Below, one piece after another: positions 30,646 through 39,593 of a DNA stretch of 64,000 nucleotides. The stretch's first letter is position 1. Every line of letters starts with the position of its first letter. The DNA lies in assembly GCA_963848295.1 (NCBI GenBank), contig CAWKDB010000002.1:128001-192000 (forward strand). Reading direction: 5' to 3'. The DNA comes from an uncultured delta proteobacterium. Its GTDB lineage: Bacteria; Myxococcota_A; Polyangia; Haliangiales; Haliangiaceae. Both the position numbers and the translations under genes were made by a program. The notes under the pieces were generated by a model that was not told the DNA's origin, ran no database searches, and saw only the letters and a list, made by a program, of their open reading frames with translations.

Positions 30646-31808
30646 GAGGCGTCCGCCGCGCAACGAAACCCGATGATCACGTGACGCACCGCTTTGCCGC
30701 GACCGTGGCGCGCCGCACCGCGGCCGAGTCCGCCGTAGTCGTCCCATGCCGAGCCTTTGACCGTCATCTCGTCGTCTACCTCCGCTCCGCCGTCGGCTGC
30801 GCTACGCGTCGGGCGTTCGCCCGACTTGTCTACTACCTCCGCTCCGCCGTCGGCTGCGCTACGCGTCGGGCGTTCGCCCGACTTGTCTACTACCTCCGCT
30901 CCGCCGTCGGCTGCGCTACGCGTCGGGCGTTCGCCCGACTTGTCTACTACCTCCGCTCCGCCGTCGGCTGCGCTACGCGTCGGGCGTTCGCCCGACTTGT
31001 CTACTACCTCCGCTCCGCCGTCGGCTGCGCTACGCGTCGGGCGTTCGCCCGACTTGTCTTGCAGCGGAGTCGAGGTCCACTCGTAGACGTTGCCGGCGAG
31101 ACCGAGCACACCGAACGGGCTCGCTCCGTCGGGATACCCACCGACCGGCGTCGTATCGCCAGGCCCGCCGACCGCGCAGTCGAGCTTGCTCGCCTCGAAC
31201 GCATTGCCCCACGGATACGACAGCCCGCCGTCTCCGCGGAGCGCGCGCTCGTACTCGTCTGCGGTCGGCAAGCGCCGCGGTAAGCCAGCGAGCTCACCGC
31301 GCCACGCGCAATAGGCCGCGGCTTCGGTCCAGGTCACGAGCACGACCGGATGGTCCTCGCGCCCGGCCGGCGGCGCACTGCCACGCCACACGAACCGCGC
31401 GACCTGCGTCGCGTAGTCCTGGGTGAACCCGGTCGCCTTCCACGCGGTCTTGTCGATCGCAGGCGCTGGCGCTTTGCCCGCCGCGACGAACTCCGCGTAC
31501 GCGGCTTCGGTCACCGGCATCAGGTCGATGCGGTAGCCGGCGAGCGTCACCATGTGGCGTGCCTCTTCGCCATCGAACCAGTGCTGCTCGCGCGCGGTGT
31601 CGCGCCCGGCGGTCGCGCGATAATCGTCGTACGCGGCGTCGCGCTCCTCGGGCGTCGAGCCGGCGACGAACCTGCCGGCGGGGATCGCGATCATCTGCGC
31701 GTCGGCGGCCAACGACAGCGGTGCGATCGCGGCTGCGGTCGGATGGGCCGGAGACGGCGCCGAGCACGCGCCGGCAAGCGCGACGAGGATCGCGCCCCAT
31801 CCGGTCAT
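30642..31808 (-). CDS. FGE-sulfatase (SUMF1/EgtB-like) domain lipoprotein with an in-frame tandem repeat
   Basis: LAGAC lipobox; HPVVLVTW, RLPTADEYE, YPWGN, GNVYEWT, IGFRCA. Confidence 0.88.
   Translation of the reverse strand: MTGWGAILVALAGACSAPSPAHPTAAAIAPLSLAADAQMIAIPAGRFVAGSTPEERDAAYDDYRATAGRDTAREQHWFDGEEARHMVTLAGYRIDLMPVTEAAYAEFVAAGKAPAPAIDKTAWKATGFTQDYATQVARFVWRGSAPPAGREDHPVVLVTWTEAAAYCAWRGELAGLPRRLPTADEYERALRGDGGLSYPWGNAFEASKLDCAVGGPGDTTPVGGYPDGASPFGVLGLAGNVYEWTSTPLQDKSGERPTRSAADGGAEVVDKSGERPTRSAADGGAEVVDKSGERPTRSAADGGAEVVDKSGERPTRSAADGGAEVVDKSGERPTRSAADGGAEVDDEMTVKGSAWDDYGGLGRGAARHGRGKAVRHVIIGFRCAADAS
30776..31058. repeat. 5 x 57-bp identical tandem repeat with internal hairpin gtcgggc-gttc-gcccgac
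   Basis: Units start at 30776, 30833, 30890, 30947, 31004; no spacers; encodes DKSGERPTRSAADGGAEVV on the minus strand. Confidence 0.95.
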
Positions 31809-32890
31809 CGTGCCTTCGCCTGCGCCATCGCGGGCGCGAGCAACCGCGCCAGCTCTGGAAGGTACTCTGGATCGGCATCGAGTGCTTTTGGGTCGAGCGC
31901 CACGTGCGTGAGCGCCGGCGTCAGGCGCGGAAACAGGCCAGCGTGATCCTCCAGCATGCGCGCGACCCGCGGATCTGCTTGCATGTCGATCTCGATCACC
32001 GACGAGAACACGGCCTTGCCCTTGCTGTCGCGCAGCGCCGAGGTCGCGAACAGGAAGTGGCCGTCCGCCGACCACACCGGGCCGCTCTCGTCGGTCAAAG
32101 GCAGATCGACGATCCGCTCGGCGCCGCCGCCGCCGGTGGCCTTGATCCGGCACAGATCCGCGTCGACCATGTCACCGCCTGTCGTGGTCCGCGGGATCGC
32201 GGCCGAGAACGCGATCGTCTTGTCGTCCGGCGAGAACGCCGGCGTGGTGTCGGCCGGGCCGTCGGTCAAGCGCACGATCACGCCGTCTGGCGTGCGCAGC
32301 TCGAGGTGGCTATCGACGCCGGCGCTGCCATCGCGGTGCGGCGTGACCTCGGCATAGACGATCGCACCGTCGTGCGCGACCGAAGGCGTGACCTCGTGGC
32401 CCGGCCCGCTCGTCAGCTGCTCGGGTTCGCCGCGCGCGTTGCCGTTGCGATCGATCGCGAGGCGATACAGATCGAAGTTCCCGCCCGGGGTCGCGCGCGC
32501 GAACACGATCGCGCTGCCGTCCGGCACCCACGTCGGTTGACTGTCGATCGCGGGGCCCGAGGTCAGCGCACGCGAGCTCGCGTCGGGCGCGACCGGCGCG
32601 ATCCACAAGCTGGTCTCGTCGAACGCTCGACCGCGGCTCGAGGCGAACACCACGAACCGATCGTCCGGGGAGATCGCGGGATTCGTATCGCGTGCGCGCG
32701 TCGTCGCCGGCGACACGACCACGAGCTGGCGGTCGCCGTGCTCGTCGATCGCGACCAACCGGATCCCGGTGACCGATCGTTCCGCGACGACGATCGCGAT
32801 CCGCGCCGGTGGTGGACGCGGCTCGCTCGGCGGAGCCGACGGCAGCGAGCAAGCAGCGCAAGCGGCGCTCGCTGCGAGAGCGAACCTACT
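31805..32890 (-). CDS. TolB-like WD40/PD40 beta-propeller lipoprotein (start unclear)
   Basis: Repeated PAISPDD/PTWVPDG/PAFSPDD/PVWSADG; the frame stays open upstream of TTG 32758 through a signal-like RFALAASAACAAC with no canonical start codon seen. Confidence 0.75.
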   Translation of the reverse strand, partial: SRFALAASAACAACSLPSAPPSEPRPPPARIAIVVAERSVTGIRLVAIDEHGDRQLVVVSPATTRARDTNPAISPDDRFVVFASSRGRAFDETSLWIAPVAPDASSRALTSGPAIDSQPTWVPDGSAIVFARATPGGNFDLYRLAIDRNGNARGEPEQLTSGPGHEVTPSVAHDGAIVYAEVTPHRDGSAGVDSHLELRTPDGVIVRLTDGPADTTPAFSPDDKTIAFSAAIPRTTTGGDMVDADLCRIKATGGGGAERIVDLPLTDESGPVWSADGHFLFATSALRDSKGKAVFSSVIEIDMQADPRVARMLEDHAGLFPRLTPALTHVALDPKALDADPEYLPELARLLAPAMAQAKAR

Positions 32891-33302
32891 TCGTCGCAGC
32901 GGGAGCCGGAGCGGCGGCGGGAGCCGCAGCAGGAGCGGCCGCAGCTGGTGCCGCCGCGGGAGCTGCGCTACCCGCTGGAGCAGGGGCAGCTGCCGGCGCT
33001 GCGCTGCCGGCGGGCGCAGGCGCTGGAGCCGCCGCGCTCCCTGCAGCGGGATCTGGCGTCGGAGCCGGGGCGACGGCCGCCGTCGACTTCTTCGTCAGGT
33101 TGGACATGTTCATGCCCTTGGTCAGATCCTTCTTATCGGGCTCGACTCCGACGTAGATGCCGAGCGCGAGGATGAGGACGGCGAGCGAAGACACGGCCGC
33201 GACGATGACAGCGCGCTTCTGCGACTCCGCAGCGTGCTGCTCGTAGACGACAAAGCTGTGTTCCTGCTCGCGTGGCCAGGACGAGAAATCGACGTAACTC
33301 AT
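32886..33302 (-). CDS. Small single-TM protein with an Ala/Pro-rich tail
   Basis: GGAGG RBS, MSYVDF start, one hydrophobic helix, AAPA repeats. Confidence 0.6.
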   Translation of the reverse strand: MSYVDFSSWPREQEHSFVVYEQHAAESQKRAVIVAAVSSLAVLILALGIYVGVEPDKKDLTKGMNMSNLTKKSTAAVAPAPTPDPAAGSAAAPAPAPAGSAAPAAAPAPAGSAAPAAAPAAAAPAAAPAAAPAPAATK

Positions 33303-33418
33303 CGGAACCTCCGACTGTCGGCAACGGTAGAGCGAATCAACGAATGGCGCAATGGAATCGAACTTCGACGTGTCTCGTGCGTTGCTATGATCAGCCCGAC
33401 GATAGGGCTTGGGTGGAT

Positions 33419-34429
33419 ATGACACCGCACCGGCGCCTCGGTTCCATCATTCTCGCGGTCGCGATCCCCACGATCTTGGTCGTGATCTCGGTGGGTTGCG
33501 GCCAGAGCCAGGCCGAGCCCGCGGCGCCGGTCGCGAGTCGTGCGCGCCTGACCGCGCCCCCAGCCGCCGCGCCCCCGGCCGAGGTCGCGCTCGGGCTCGA
33601 CGACAAGGGGATCTGGAACGACCTCGACGACCAGGTCCAGATCGCGTTGCCGCGGGGGCTCGATCCAGCGCGCGTCTCGGCCCGGTTCGATGATGTCCAC
33701 GAGGTGCTCGTCCTGTCGATCGATGGCTTCCCGCGCAAGGCCTACCCGACCGGCGGCGGCACCGAGCTCACAGTCGGGCACTTTGATTTGTCGTTGCGAC
33801 CCGGCGATCGCGCCGAGCTCGCGCCGCTCCTCTCCGAGGCGCGGCTCAGTGCAGGCGAGGCCACGCACGATCGCGACAGCGACGGCATCCCCGATCCACT
33901 CGACGTCCTGATCGGCGCGAAGAAGACCGTGCTCAACGCCGACGCCTATACCGAAGAGGCCGAAGGCTACATCGGGATGAAGTATCCGATGGGCGACGTG
34001 CCGCGCACGGTCGGCGTGTGCACGGACGTGATCGTTCGCGCGGTCCGGAACGCCGGCCTCGACATCCAGAAGGAGCTGCACGAAGACATCGCACGCGCGC
34101 ACGCGGCCTATCCGATGGTGAAGGGGATGGGTGATCCGAGCATCGATCAGCGGCGCGTCGGCACGCTCCTGCCCTACTTCAAGCGGCATTGGGAGCAGCA
34201 CGGCACGAAGCTCGACGATCCGGCGGATCCGCTCCGTCCCGGCGACGTGATCTTCATGGATACGTTCCCGAGCCGGCCCGGCCCCGACCACATCGGTATC
34301 TTGTCGGACACGCTCGACGACGGCGGCATGCCGTTGGTGATCAACAATTGGACCGATGGCACGACGACCCGCGAGATGGATCTGTTGACGTTCGTGCCGG
34401 TGCTCTATCGGTTCCGCTTGCCACCGTAG
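33419..34429 (+). CDS. DUF1287 (YijF-like) domain lipoprotein
   Basis: YPMGDVP..GVCTDVIVRA, SIDQRRV, PGDVIF, HIGI motifs; SVGC lipobox. Confidence 0.8.
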   Translation: MTPHRRLGSIILAVAIPTILVVISVGCGQSQAEPAAPVASRARLTAPPAAAPPAEVALGLDDKGIWNDLDDQVQIALPRGLDPARVSARFDDVHEVLVLSIDGFPRKAYPTGGGTELTVGHFDLSLRPGDRAELAPLLSEARLSAGEATHDRDSDGIPDPLDVLIGAKKTVLNADAYTEEAEGYIGMKYPMGDVPRTVGVCTDVIVRAVRNAGLDIQKELHEDIARAHAAYPMVKGMGDPSIDQRRVGTLLPYFKRHWEQHGTKLDDPADPLRPGDVIFMDTFPSRPGPDHIGILSDTLDDGGMPLVINNWTDGTTTREMDLLTFVPVLYRFRLPP

Positions 34430-34442
34430 TAGTTTCGGCGAC

Positions 34443-36272
34443 GTGAGGGGCCTGAGCCGCACCGATCGCTCGGCTGTCCGTGCGAAGCAAAGGACGGCCG
34501 ACACCTTGCGGCGAGGGTCTCCCTTTAGCGGGGGCCTGAGCCGCACCGATCGCTCGGCTGTCCGTGCGAAGCAAAGGACGGCCGACACCTTGCGGCGAGG
34601 GTCTCCCTTTAGCGGAGGCCTGAGCCGCACCGATCGCTCGGCTGTCCGTGCGAAGCAAAAGACGGCCGACACCTTGCGGCGAGGGTCTCCCTTTAGAGGG
34701 AGCCTCTTCGTCGCCGCGGCGCTGAGCTTCGTGCTCTCGACCCCGACGGCGCGCGCCGACTCCGACGACGGAACGCGGTCGATCTATCGCGGCGTGATCG
34801 ATCGGGTCGAGGTCGAGCCCGCGACGATCGGCGGCTATCGCCTCCGGATCTATCTGTCGGCGCTCGCGCTTCAGGGTCAGGTGCTCGACCTCACGGATCC
34901 GAAATCGCTCAAGCTCTACCTCGGCACGAGCGAAGAGAAGGCGCCGTACGCGCTCGGTCGCTACGCCGCGACCGATGCAGACACCGCGATCGTGCTCGTC
35001 ATCCAGGTGACGCAAGACTTCGCCGACGCGTTGCCCGCGATCGGCGATGCCCTATCGAGCGCGGCGCTCGCCCCGATAGGTGAGCACACGGAGGTCGCGG
35101 TGATCCCGTTCGGCGACGCGCCCGGCCAGGCCAAGCTCGGGACGGTCAAGCAAGCGCACGCGAAGCTCGAAGGGCTCGCGACCGACGGCACGAGCGGTGA
35201 CCCGGGCCTGCTCGACGCACTCGACCGTGCGCTCGGCTTGTTGCGCAAAGCGAAGACCACGCCGGAAGGTCGCCCGCTCCGCAAGGTGATCATCATCGTC
35301 GGCGACGGTCGGGACCGCGCGGGCGATCGCGATCGCGTGACTCGGCTCGGCACGCGCGCCGGCAAAGAAGGCGTGCGGATCGATGCGGTCGCTTACTCCG
35401 CGAACAAGGTGCTGCGGCCGATGCTCACCCTCGGCGAGCTCGCGAAGCGATCGCTGGGCACGTTCCGCTGGGTCCGCACGTCGACCCCCGATTCGTGGAC
35501 CGCAGCGTTCAAGCAGCTCGGCGAAGAGCTCGCGCAGCAATACGTGCTGACCTACTTCGTGTTCGACAACCCCGCGGGCAGGCGCGTCCACCTCGTCAGC
35601 GTCGGCCGGACCGAGCTGACGTCGAACGAAGTGCGCGTGCCCCCGGCCGGGTGCGGTGGCAAGCCCTGCGACCCGGGTGCCTACTGCGCCTCGGACCGCT
35701 GCGTGATGCCGCTGCAAGACAGCGAGCGCGGCATCCTCGGCTGGGTGCTGATCATCGGTGGCGCGATCGTCGGCGGGCTCGTCATCCTGGGCTTCGTCGG
35801 CGCCGCGATGTCTCGCCGGCAACATCGGCTGAGACCGATGATGCCGCCAGGCGTGATGCCGCCAGGCGTGATGCCGCCAGGCGTGATGCCGCCAGGCGTG
35901 ATGCCGCCGGGCTATCCCGCGATGCCCGCGGCGCTGCCGATTCCACCGCCGGTCGTCGCGCCGCAACCCGCGCACCAAGGGCCGATCGCGGCGCTGCTCG
36001 TCGTCAACGGGCCGCGCGCCGGAGAGCGCCTGCTCGTCCGCAACGGCTTCGTGATCGGCAAGCAGCCGGGCTGCGACCTCGTGATCGAGGACGGCTTCAC
36101 GTCGAGCCAACATGCGCAGATCGCGATGGATCGGCTCGGCAACTGCTATCTCTACGACCGCGGCTCGACCAACGGCACGTTTGTCAACGGCTCGCGCATC
36201 GCCGAGGCTCCACTCGCCCACGGAGTCGTCATCCGGATAGGCTCGACAGAGCTGCGGTTCTTGGCACAATGA
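34443..36272 (+). CDS. Membrane protein with a vWA-like exported domain, TM helix, Pro-rich linker and C-terminal FHA domain (N-terminus overlaps 3 repeat copies; start uncertain)
   Basis: IIIVGDG (vWA-like), TM segment, MPPGV repeats, FHA IGK...SSQHA...GSTNGTFVNG. Confidence 0.8.
   Translation: MRGLSRTDRSAVRAKQRTADTLRRGSPFSGGLSRTDRSAVRAKQRTADTLRRGSPFSGGLSRTDRSAVRAKQKTADTLRRGSPFRGSLFVAAALSFVLSTPTARADSDDGTRSIYRGVIDRVEVEPATIGGYRLRIYLSALALQGQVLDLTDPKSLKLYLGTSEEKAPYALGRYAATDADTAIVLVIQVTQDFADALPAIGDALSSAALAPIGEHTEVAVIPFGDAPGQAKLGTVKQAHAKLEGLATDGTSGDPGLLDALDRALGLLRKAKTTPEGRPLRKVIIIVGDGRDRAGDRDRVTRLGTRAGKEGVRIDAVAYSANKVLRPMLTLGELAKRSLGTFRWVRTSTPDSWTAAFKQLGEELAQQYVLTYFVFDNPAGRRVHLVSVGRTELTSNEVRVPPAGCGGKPCDPGAYCASDRCVMPLQDSERGILGWVLIIGGAIVGGLVILGFVGAAMSRRQHRLRPMMPPGVMPPGVMPPGVMPPGVMPPGYPAMPAALPIPPPVVAPQPAHQGPIAALLVVNGPRAGERLLVRNGFVIGKQPGCDLVIEDGFTSSQHAQIAMDRLGNCYLYDRGSTNGTFVNGSRIAEAPLAHGVVIRIGSTELRFLAQ
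34449..34700 (+). repeat. Family A palindromic element, 3 tandem 84-bp copies
   Basis: Units start at 34449, 34533, 34617 and are nearly identical; each encodes GLSRTDRSAVRAKQRTADTLRRGSPFSG. Confidence 0.95.
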
Positions 36273-36278
36273 GGATCT

Positions 36279-38264
36279 GTGGGTAAGTACAGACCATCCG
36301 GGGTGATCTACGTCGCGGGACAGAAGTTCCACGTCGAAGCGCCTGTCGTGAACTTCACCGAAGGCCCGAGGTGGGACGCGACCGCAAAGACGTGCCTGCC
36401 GACCGACAACGACGGCATGCGCCTGTGCACGAGCCCCGAGGGGTTTCCGTCGACCGTCAACTACAACCAGCGCTACGCGTTGCGCCCGGCGCTGCGTCAC
36501 TACGGCGAGCATCCGCCACTCGAGGCGGTCAAGGCGGTGATCAAGCAGTTCGTCGTCCACCACGATGGCTGCAGCTCCTCGGACATGTGCTTCGACGTCC
36601 TGCAGAACGAGCGCGGCCTGTCGGTCCACTTCATGGTCGACAACGACGGCACGATCTTCCAGACGATCGATCTCGCGCTGATGGCCTATCACGCCGCCGA
36701 ATGGAACACGGCGTCGATCGGCGTCGAGCTATGCAACCGAGGCGATTGGCTCAAGGAGCCGCACTACTACGACGGCGGACGGTTCGGCCCGCTGCGCGCG
36801 CCGAAGCTGTGCCGGATCAACGGCCACACGTTCAAGGCGTTCGAATACACCAAGCCGCAGATGGAGTCGTTCCGCGCGCTGTGTCGCGACTTGATCCGGA
36901 TCTTGCCGAACCTGCCGACGGAGTTTCCGCAGAGCAGCCCGGGCGAGCCGATGTGGGACACGATGCCGACCGCGGCGTCGTTCGGGTTCGCGGGGTTCAT
37001 CGGCCACTACCACCTCACCGCGCAGAAGTGGGATCCGGGTCCGTTCGACTTCAAAGACTTTTGCCGCTCGCTGCGCGGATCGTTCTGCTTCCCGCTGTAC
37101 AACGCGCCGGATCCGAAGCGCGCCGAGCGCGACATCCCGGCGATCCCGACCGACCCCGACAAGCTGCAAGCCGCGGCGACCGAGCTGTTCAAGAATAACG
37201 AGACCAGGGCCGACGGCGGCTACTTCCCGGTCGGGCCCTGGGGCGAGGCGCGGCTGTGGCACGGCGGCGTTCACCTCGTCGGCAAAGAGGGCGATCCGAT
37301 CTACGCGCCGTTCCCCGGGCGGTTGGTCGCGGCGCGCATGGGCAAGAACGCGCCGATCGGGTCGGTCAACTTCGTGCTGCTTCGTCACGACATGGCGCTC
37401 GGCAAGTCGAAGGTCCAGTTCTACTCGCTGTACATGCACCTCGCCGACGAGCTCGCCGGCGCCGGACCGCGCGTCGATTGGATGACCTCGAAGAACAGCG
37501 GCTGGAAGCAGAACGGCAGGCCCGGCGAGGTGTCGCTGCTCGACGAGCCGGTCGAAGCCGGTGCCTTGATCGGTCACATGGGCACCGCGGGGCCAGCCGA
37601 GCTGTCGCGCGCGCAGATCCACCTCGAGTTTTTCGCGACCAGCGAGCTGTTCACCGACGTCCCCGGCTCGCCGTGGACGGTGGTCGATGGCACCTCCAGC
37701 GGACGGTTCTGCGAGGCGATCGAGATCAACAACAACATCGACACCGACCACGACGGGACCCTGTCGAGGCAGGAGCTGTCGAGCTTCTACTCGGGCGGCG
37801 GCGGGGAGGCGCTCCATCACACGGTCACGCTCAACATCTCCGAGTGGACCACCGAGCCGAGCTGGTCCGAAGCGCTGCGCGTACCGAAGGACTTCAAGAA
37901 GTGGAAGGCCGCCGACATCGACGACCTCGTCGATAATCAGATCACGCCCGGACTGTGGTGGGACGCGGCGACCGCGGCGCACTGCAAGCTGTCGCCCGAC
38001 GGCGTCGTGTTCCACTATCACCCGGTCACGTTCCTCGCTTGGTTCAACCAGCAGCTGCTCGACGCCGCGGCCCAGGCGAAGAAGACCGGCAAGGATCTCG
38101 ACGAGCGCGACGCGACGAAGGTGCCTCCGACGATCCTCGGTGACTACGACGATGTCAGCGGCAAGTCGATGCGCTCGGCCGCGACGGTCGAGGACGATCC
38201 CTGCAACAAGCTCACGCTCAGCGACATGGTGCTCGGCTACGACGCGCCGGAGTGCGGCCAATGA
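36279..38264 (+). CDS. N-acetylmuramoyl-L-alanine amidase fused to an M23-like/WHIX-like region and an EF-hand-like loop
   Basis: VVHHD, SVHFMVD..G.I.Q, AYHA, SIGVE, GHYH..KWDPG; WHGGVHL, FYSLYMHL, IHLEFF; DTDHDGTLSRQEL; FHYHP. Confidence 0.8.
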   Translation: MGKYRPSGVIYVAGQKFHVEAPVVNFTEGPRWDATAKTCLPTDNDGMRLCTSPEGFPSTVNYNQRYALRPALRHYGEHPPLEAVKAVIKQFVVHHDGCSSSDMCFDVLQNERGLSVHFMVDNDGTIFQTIDLALMAYHAAEWNTASIGVELCNRGDWLKEPHYYDGGRFGPLRAPKLCRINGHTFKAFEYTKPQMESFRALCRDLIRILPNLPTEFPQSSPGEPMWDTMPTAASFGFAGFIGHYHLTAQKWDPGPFDFKDFCRSLRGSFCFPLYNAPDPKRAERDIPAIPTDPDKLQAAATELFKNNETRADGGYFPVGPWGEARLWHGGVHLVGKEGDPIYAPFPGRLVAARMGKNAPIGSVNFVLLRHDMALGKSKVQFYSLYMHLADELAGAGPRVDWMTSKNSGWKQNGRPGEVSLLDEPVEAGALIGHMGTAGPAELSRAQIHLEFFATSELFTDVPGSPWTVVDGTSSGRFCEAIEINNNIDTDHDGTLSRQELSSFYSGGGGEALHHTVTLNISEWTTEPSWSEALRVPKDFKKWKAADIDDLVDNQITPGLWWDAATAAHCKLSPDGVVFHYHPVTFLAWFNQQLLDAAAQAKKTGKDLDERDATKVPPTILGDYDDVSGKSMRSAATVEDDPCNKLTLSDMVLGYDAPECGQ

Positions 38265-38431
38265 GCGAAGGCAACGGCGCCAAGACCTGGCGACTACCGA
38301 CCCGACGCGCCTTCGTCGCGATGCTCGCGGGTGCGGTCGGCGCCGCGACGATCGTCGGCGTGCGCAAGCTCGGCGTGCCCGCCCCCGCGCCTGCGGATCC
38401 CGCGTTGCCGCGGTGGATCGGCCACGTCTAA
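38261..38431 (+). CDS. 56-aa peptide with a twin-arginine-like motif (absent from the ORF track)
   Basis: ATGA overlap with the amidase stop; MSEGNGAKTWRLPTRRAFVAMLAGAVGAATIVGVRKLGVPAPAPADPALPRWIGHV. Confidence 0.6.
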   Translation: MSEGNGAKTWRLPTRRAFVAMLAGAVGAATIVGVRKLGVPAPAPADPALPRWIGHV

Positions 38432-38443
38432 AGGCGCCCGAGC

Positions 38444-38515
38444 GGGCCCGAGCCGAGCCGATCGCTCGGCTGTCCGCGCGAAGCAAAGGACGGCCGACAC
38501 CACACGGCGCGGGCC
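38444..38515 (+). repeat. Family A palindromic element, partial intergenic copy
   Basis: ccgatcgctcggctgtccgcgcgaagcaaaggacggccgacacc is nearly identical to the 5' part of the 34449 unit. Confidence 0.88.
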
Positions 38516-38537
38516 GGCGTTGTTGTAATGTCCGCGC

Positions 38538-39593
38538 ATGGTTCGCCGCCTAGCCTGGGTCCTTAGCGCCGTCGTCCTCGCATCCGTGTCGGTTGCGACC
38601 GCGCAGCCGAAAAAGAATGTGCCCGCGAAGAAAGGTCCGATCGCGCCCGCGAAGGACGCGCCGGCAGCGGGCTCGGGCTCGGGCTCGGGCTCGGGCGATG
38701 CAGGTGCCGGCAGCGCGGTGCAGATGACCGAGGACGCGCCGCCGTCGGACATGAACGGCACCGACGAGAACCCGGACAACCCGCACGAGGTTGGCAACGC
38801 CGACAACGGCAAGCCGAAGCCGCCGCCGTCGACCGCACCCGCCGTTTATCCGATCGAAGAGGCGCTTCGCCCGATCACGCTGTTCGAGGGCATGGCCGAG
38901 CTGTCGATCGCGCCGCACGCCGAGGTGTCGCCGTTCTGGAGCTCGGACGCGCTACGCGCTCGCTACGGCATCACCCGCCAGTTCCAACTTGGAATCACCT
39001 ACGCGTTCGCCGGCGTCTACGATGATCCGGCGACGGTGCAGAAGCAGTACGCGATCCACCCCGGCAAGGCGGTCGGGATCGACGTCACGTATTTGATCCA
39101 GAGCTGGATCGGCGTGCGGATCGGGCTGCCGTTCTACTTGAACCCGTTCGCGATGTCGTTGTCGATCGCGGCCCCGATCAAGTTTCACTTCGGCGACAAG
39201 TTCGCGCTCGGTGCGTTCGATGATCTATTGAACATCAAGCTCTCGAAGTTCCCACCGAGCTTCACGAACGAGCTGCAGAACGCGAGTGCCGCGCAAGGCA
39301 CGACGACCGGCACCGAGCAATCCGCTGGCACGCTGCGCCTGTCCGGCTACGGCATCTATCAGGTGCAGTCGAACGCCGCGGTCACCGGTCGGATCGGCAT
39401 CGACATCGACGACCTGTCCGGCGGCTCGAGCACCGCGGGGGCGGGCACGACCGGAACGACCCAGGTGTTCATCCGCGCCGGGATCGACTTCACGCCGCGC
39501 CACTGGATCGATCTCGGCGTGTCGCTCGGCTTCGACGATCTCGCGCACGGCGGATCGTTCGACCCGCAGCTCTACTTGGCGCTGCGGATCTGA
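38538..39593 (+). CDS. Exported protein, probable outer-membrane beta-barrel
   Basis: Signal peptide, GS linker, amphipathic strands, C-terminal LYLALRI. Confidence 0.65.
   Translation: MVRRLAWVLSAVVLASVSVATAQPKKNVPAKKGPIAPAKDAPAAGSGSGSGSGDAGAGSAVQMTEDAPPSDMNGTDENPDNPHEVGNADNGKPKPPPSTAPAVYPIEEALRPITLFEGMAELSIAPHAEVSPFWSSDALRARYGITRQFQLGITYAFAGVYDDPATVQKQYAIHPGKAVGIDVTYLIQSWIGVRIGLPFYLNPFAMSLSIAAPIKFHFGDKFALGAFDDLLNIKLSKFPPSFTNELQNASAAQGTTTGTEQSAGTLRLSGYGIYQVQSNAAVTGRIGIDIDDLSGGSSTAGAGTTGTTQVFIRAGIDFTPRHWIDLGVSLGFDDLAHGGSFDPQLYLALRI

Noticed and set aside
30776..31058. CRISPR array
   Set aside because: Units are identical head to tail with no unique spacers, there are no cas genes, and the array is in frame within a gene
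34449..34700. CRISPR array or tRNA cluster
   Set aside because: 84-bp contiguous repeats with no spacers; no T-loop, anticodon arm or CCA pattern
35838..35912. 15-bp MPPGV tandem repeat as a mobile element
   Set aside because: Ordinary Pro-rich linker repeat with no palindrome or dispersed copies
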